In this document: in pieces, positions 61,612-64,000 of the stretch | Numbering within the stretch: the first letter of the stretch is position 1 | Layout of the letters: each line of letters opens with the position of its first letter | From: an uncultured Gemmataceae bacterium | GTDB lineage: Bacteria > Planctomycetota > Planctomycetia > Gemmatales > Gemmataceae | DNA length: 64,000 nt | Assembly (NCBI GenBank): GCA_963750165.1 | Contig: CAVVPN010000003.1 | Coordinates: forward strand, 832,001-896,000 | Reading direction: 5' to 3' | Position numbers and translations under genes: made by a program | Notes under the pieces: model-generated | Databases searched by the model: none | What the model was told of the DNA's origin: nothing | Seen by the model: only the letters and a program-made list of their open reading frames with translations

Positions 61612-62156
61612 AGGGTAGCGCCGGTGCCCATCTCCACGGTCAATTTCTTGACGCGCCAGTCACGTTCGCCGACGAGGATGAACTCCGCCCAGCAGGTGGC
61701 GAACTGCCCCTCGCCCTCTGGCCGGATGTAGAACTGCACGGTCGCGTGGGGCCGTTCCAGTTTCTCCACGTCGATGCCCCAGACGATGAAGTGTTTGAAG
61801 CCGGCCCGCTCCAGTTGATTGCGGGCCTGCGCCGCCAGCAGCTTGCGCGGCACGGTCACCTTCGTCTGCTTCATGAAATCGACCTGCACCTCATCCGCGA
61901 AGTGTTTGGTGGCCTCTTCGAGCCGATCCGCGTTCAGCGCCGCCACCATATCGTTGACATCCGCGGTCAACTGCTTGCGGTCGGTGACGATCACCAGCGA
62001 CAGCACCACGACGGTCACGAGCAGCGCCAGCGTGACCAGCGCGGCGCTGGCGACGGGCCGGCGGCGCGTGTTCCACCACCACGCCGTCAGGCCCAGCAGC
62101 GCCAGGCCCAGGACAATGAGGACGCCGTTGCTGTTGTCCACTAACCACCAGAGCAT
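61605..62156 (-). CDS. Hypothetical membrane-anchored protein (possible NTF2/SnoaL-like fold)
   Basis: Two N-terminal TM segments, 'VAALNADRLEE...HF...DWRV'. Confidence 0.7.
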   Translation of the reverse strand: MLWWLVDNSNGVLIVLGLALLGLTAWWWNTRRRPVASAALVTLALLVTVVVLSLVIVTDRKQLTADVNDMVAALNADRLEEATKHFADEVQVDFMKQTKVTVPRKLLAAQARNQLERAGFKHFIVWGIDVEKLERPHATVQFYIRPEGEGQFATCWAEFILVGERDWRVKKLTVEMGTGATLK

Positions 62157-62226
62157 GGGAGTCCCTTTGGCCCGGATGATTCACCACGGAGAACGCAGAC
62201 GGGATGACCGTTTCGTAAATCCTACA

Positions 62227-62282
62227 CCAGTTTAGCCGCGACGCCCAGCGGAGCGCTCCCCTTCGGGTCGCGGCTAAACTGG
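62227..62282. repeat. Palindromic repeat/terminator
   Basis: CCAGTTTAGCCGCGAC...GTCGCGGCTAAACTGG. Confidence 0.75.
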
Positions 62283-62306
62283 CGTACTGACGGGCGGTCG
62301 CCGACC

Positions 62307-64000
62307 TCACCTGCGCTTGTGCTTCGGTTTCGAGTCGAGCCGCTTGACCGGTCCCTGACCCGCGGACGGCGCCGCCGGTTTGGCCGCGGGCGGTGGCGGC
62401 GGTGGCGGAGCCAGCGGCTTCTTGCCCGCCTCCAGCGCCTGCTTCAGCCGCTCCACCTCTTCCGCGCGCCGCCGCCACCAGTCCGGCCCCCAGACGCGGT
62501 GCAGTCGCCAGCCGAGCCGCTCCAGCGCCTCCGGCAACAGCCGCTCCCGGTCGCGCGCCGCCGGCAGATCCTGGTAGCCGGCGCCGTCGCACAGCACCGC
62601 TAGTACCCGCCGGCCCTCACCGGCCGCTTCGTGGACGAACACGTTGCCGCCGCACGGGGCCGCGGCCTCCACGACCGTGGCCCGATAGCCGAGCCGTTGC
62701 ACCTCGGCGGCCACGTCGCGCGGCAGCGCCCCGGCGGCGTTCGGCGACTGCGGCCCGCCCGGCGATGCCCCGGTTTCCGCGTAGGCCAGCAGTGCCGCCA
62801 GCGCCCGCACGCCCTCGGCCGGCTCCTTGACCTCCGCCAGGTCGCGGGCCTTCAGCGCACTGACCACGACCAGCTTTTCCCGCGCCGCCAGGGCCACGGC
62901 GAGCACCCAGCGCTGGCCGTCCTCCTGGCTCAGCGGCCCGAAGTCCGCCGGCAACTGGCCCGCCGCGTCGCGGCCGTAGCCGACGCTCAGTACGAAGATG
63001 TCGCGGTCGGTGGCACCTTCGGCCGGCAGCTGCCGCGCCAGGGCTTCCAGCTCGGGCTGCTGCTGCAACCGCCGCTCCAACTCCGCCATGATGAGGGCCA
63101 GCTGATCGCGGTCGAAGGCGCCGACACCGATACTCTTTTTGCCACCAGCGGTCTTCCACTCCCGCACCACCGACTCCACCACGGCCTGGGCCTCGGCCGC
63201 GTTGCCGCCGACCTCCTCGTAGACGGCGCTCTCCACCGGCCGGAGTACGGCCCCACGGCCGTCTGTTGCGGCCGGCAGCACGTACAGCACCTCGTCGTAA
63301 CCGAGGGCGTTGGCAAAGTCGCCCAGCGGTCGGCCCGGCTCCTGCCAGCGCAGCGTCAGCGCCAGCACCCCGACACGCAGGCAGCAGTCGAGCAGGCTCG
63401 GCGTCGGTTCGTCCGCGGTCACGCCGAGCAGGTGCGGGACCAGTTGCGTGTCCGCCGGCAGATGTTCGTCGCCGATCACGATGGCCTGTTTGCCGCGGGC
63501 GACGGCCGGCAGCGCCTCGCCGGACGACAGCCGGTGCGCCTCGCCGATGACCACCAGGTCAAAACCAAATTCCCGCGGGTCGAGCAGCCGGACGGCCGTC
63601 AGCGGCGTGGCCAGCACGCACGGCTTGAGGCGCGGCAGCAGGTGCGGCAGTTCGTCCAGGATCGTCCGCAGCGGTGGCAGTGCGTCCTTCTTCGCTGCCT
63701 CGCGCCGCAGCGCCGCGGCCTCGACGTCCTCCTTGCCCAGCTCGGTGCGGCCCTGGTCGGCCCGGTGAGCGACCGCGGCCGCGGCGGCGGTTTGCAGCTT
63801 GCGGTCGAGGGCGCGGAACTCCAGCGCCACACGCTCGTGCTCCTTGCGGTCGAACTGGCCCAGCGCCGCGTCCTGGGCGAACACGGCTTCCAGCCAGCGG
63901 TGCAGGACGCTGTGTTGCAGGCAGTCCGCCAGTTGCTCGCGCGGCGGCCGCTGCTTCTGCACCTCCTGCCAGAACGCGGCCAGCCCCAGGTGCGCGAAGC
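62307..64000 (-). CDS. C-terminal part of an Upf1/DNA2-like SF1 helicase-related protein with REase-like (MTES_1575-type) tail; motifs degenerate; 5' end outside window
   Basis: 'LKPCVLATPLT', 'FDLVVIGEAH', 'IVIGDE', 'NAAEAQAVV', 'SVGYG', 'ARDRERL...LERLGWRLHRVWGPDWW'. Confidence 0.82.
   Translation of the reverse strand, partial: FAHLGLAAFWQEVQKQRPPREQLADCLQHSVLHRWLEAVFAQDAALGQFDRKEHERVALEFRALDRKLQTAAAAAVAHRADQGRTELGKEDVEAAALRREAAKKDALPPLRTILDELPHLLPRLKPCVLATPLTAVRLLDPREFGFDLVVIGEAHRLSSGEALPAVARGKQAIVIGDEHLPADTQLVPHLLGVTADEPTPSLLDCCLRVGVLALTLRWQEPGRPLGDFANALGYDEVLYVLPAATDGRGAVLRPVESAVYEEVGGNAAEAQAVVESVVREWKTAGGKKSIGVGAFDRDQLALIMAELERRLQQQPELEALARQLPAEGATDRDIFVLSVGYGRDAAGQLPADFGPLSQEDGQRWVLAVALAAREKLVVVSALKARDLAEVKEPAEGVRALAALLAYAETGASPGGPQSPNAAGALPRDVAAEVQRLGYRATVVEAAAPCGGNVFVHEAAGEGRRVLAVLCDGAGYQDLPAARDRERLLPEALERLGWRLHRVWGPDWWRRRAEEVERLKQALEAGKKPLAPPPPPPPAAKPAAPSAGQGPVKRLDSKPKHKRR

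Overview
GC-rich bacterial chromosomal segment, most likely Planctomycetota (Gemmataceae-like). This is inferred from the DUF1549/DUF1553/DUF1501 genes, long WD40/HEAT/TPR repeat proteins and dense palindromic intergenic repeats. About 54 CDSs are supported; I found no tRNA, rRNA, CRISPR array or transposase. At least 14 apparent 1-2 bp frameshifts, mostly in C/G runs or GC dinucleotide repeats, split otherwise intact genes and look like long-read errors. The main signal is a 1-16 kb island in which most transcription units are preceded by a correctly oriented sigma-54 (-24/-12, GG-N10-GC) promoter. The island carries an NtrC-family activator, a sensor-less histidine-kinase-like protein with degenerate ATP-binding boxes, and general-stress-type genes (ElaB/YqjD-like, holin-X-like, DUF3618-like, YflT-like, DUF4142, ferritin-like, two Tyr/Gly-rich secreted peptides). 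Outlying sigma-54 sites precede a small basic stress protein, an unannotated 52-aa ORF and a DUF47-PiT operon. Other highlights are a lower-GC ABC-ATPase + DUF4276 (TOPRIM-like) candidate defence pair, a UshA-like/tetraheme cytochrome fusion, a catalytically degenerate SF1 helicase and several repeat families, including a nested ~340-bp palindrome and a MITE-like element. Family assignments come from motif recognition by eye, not from database searches.
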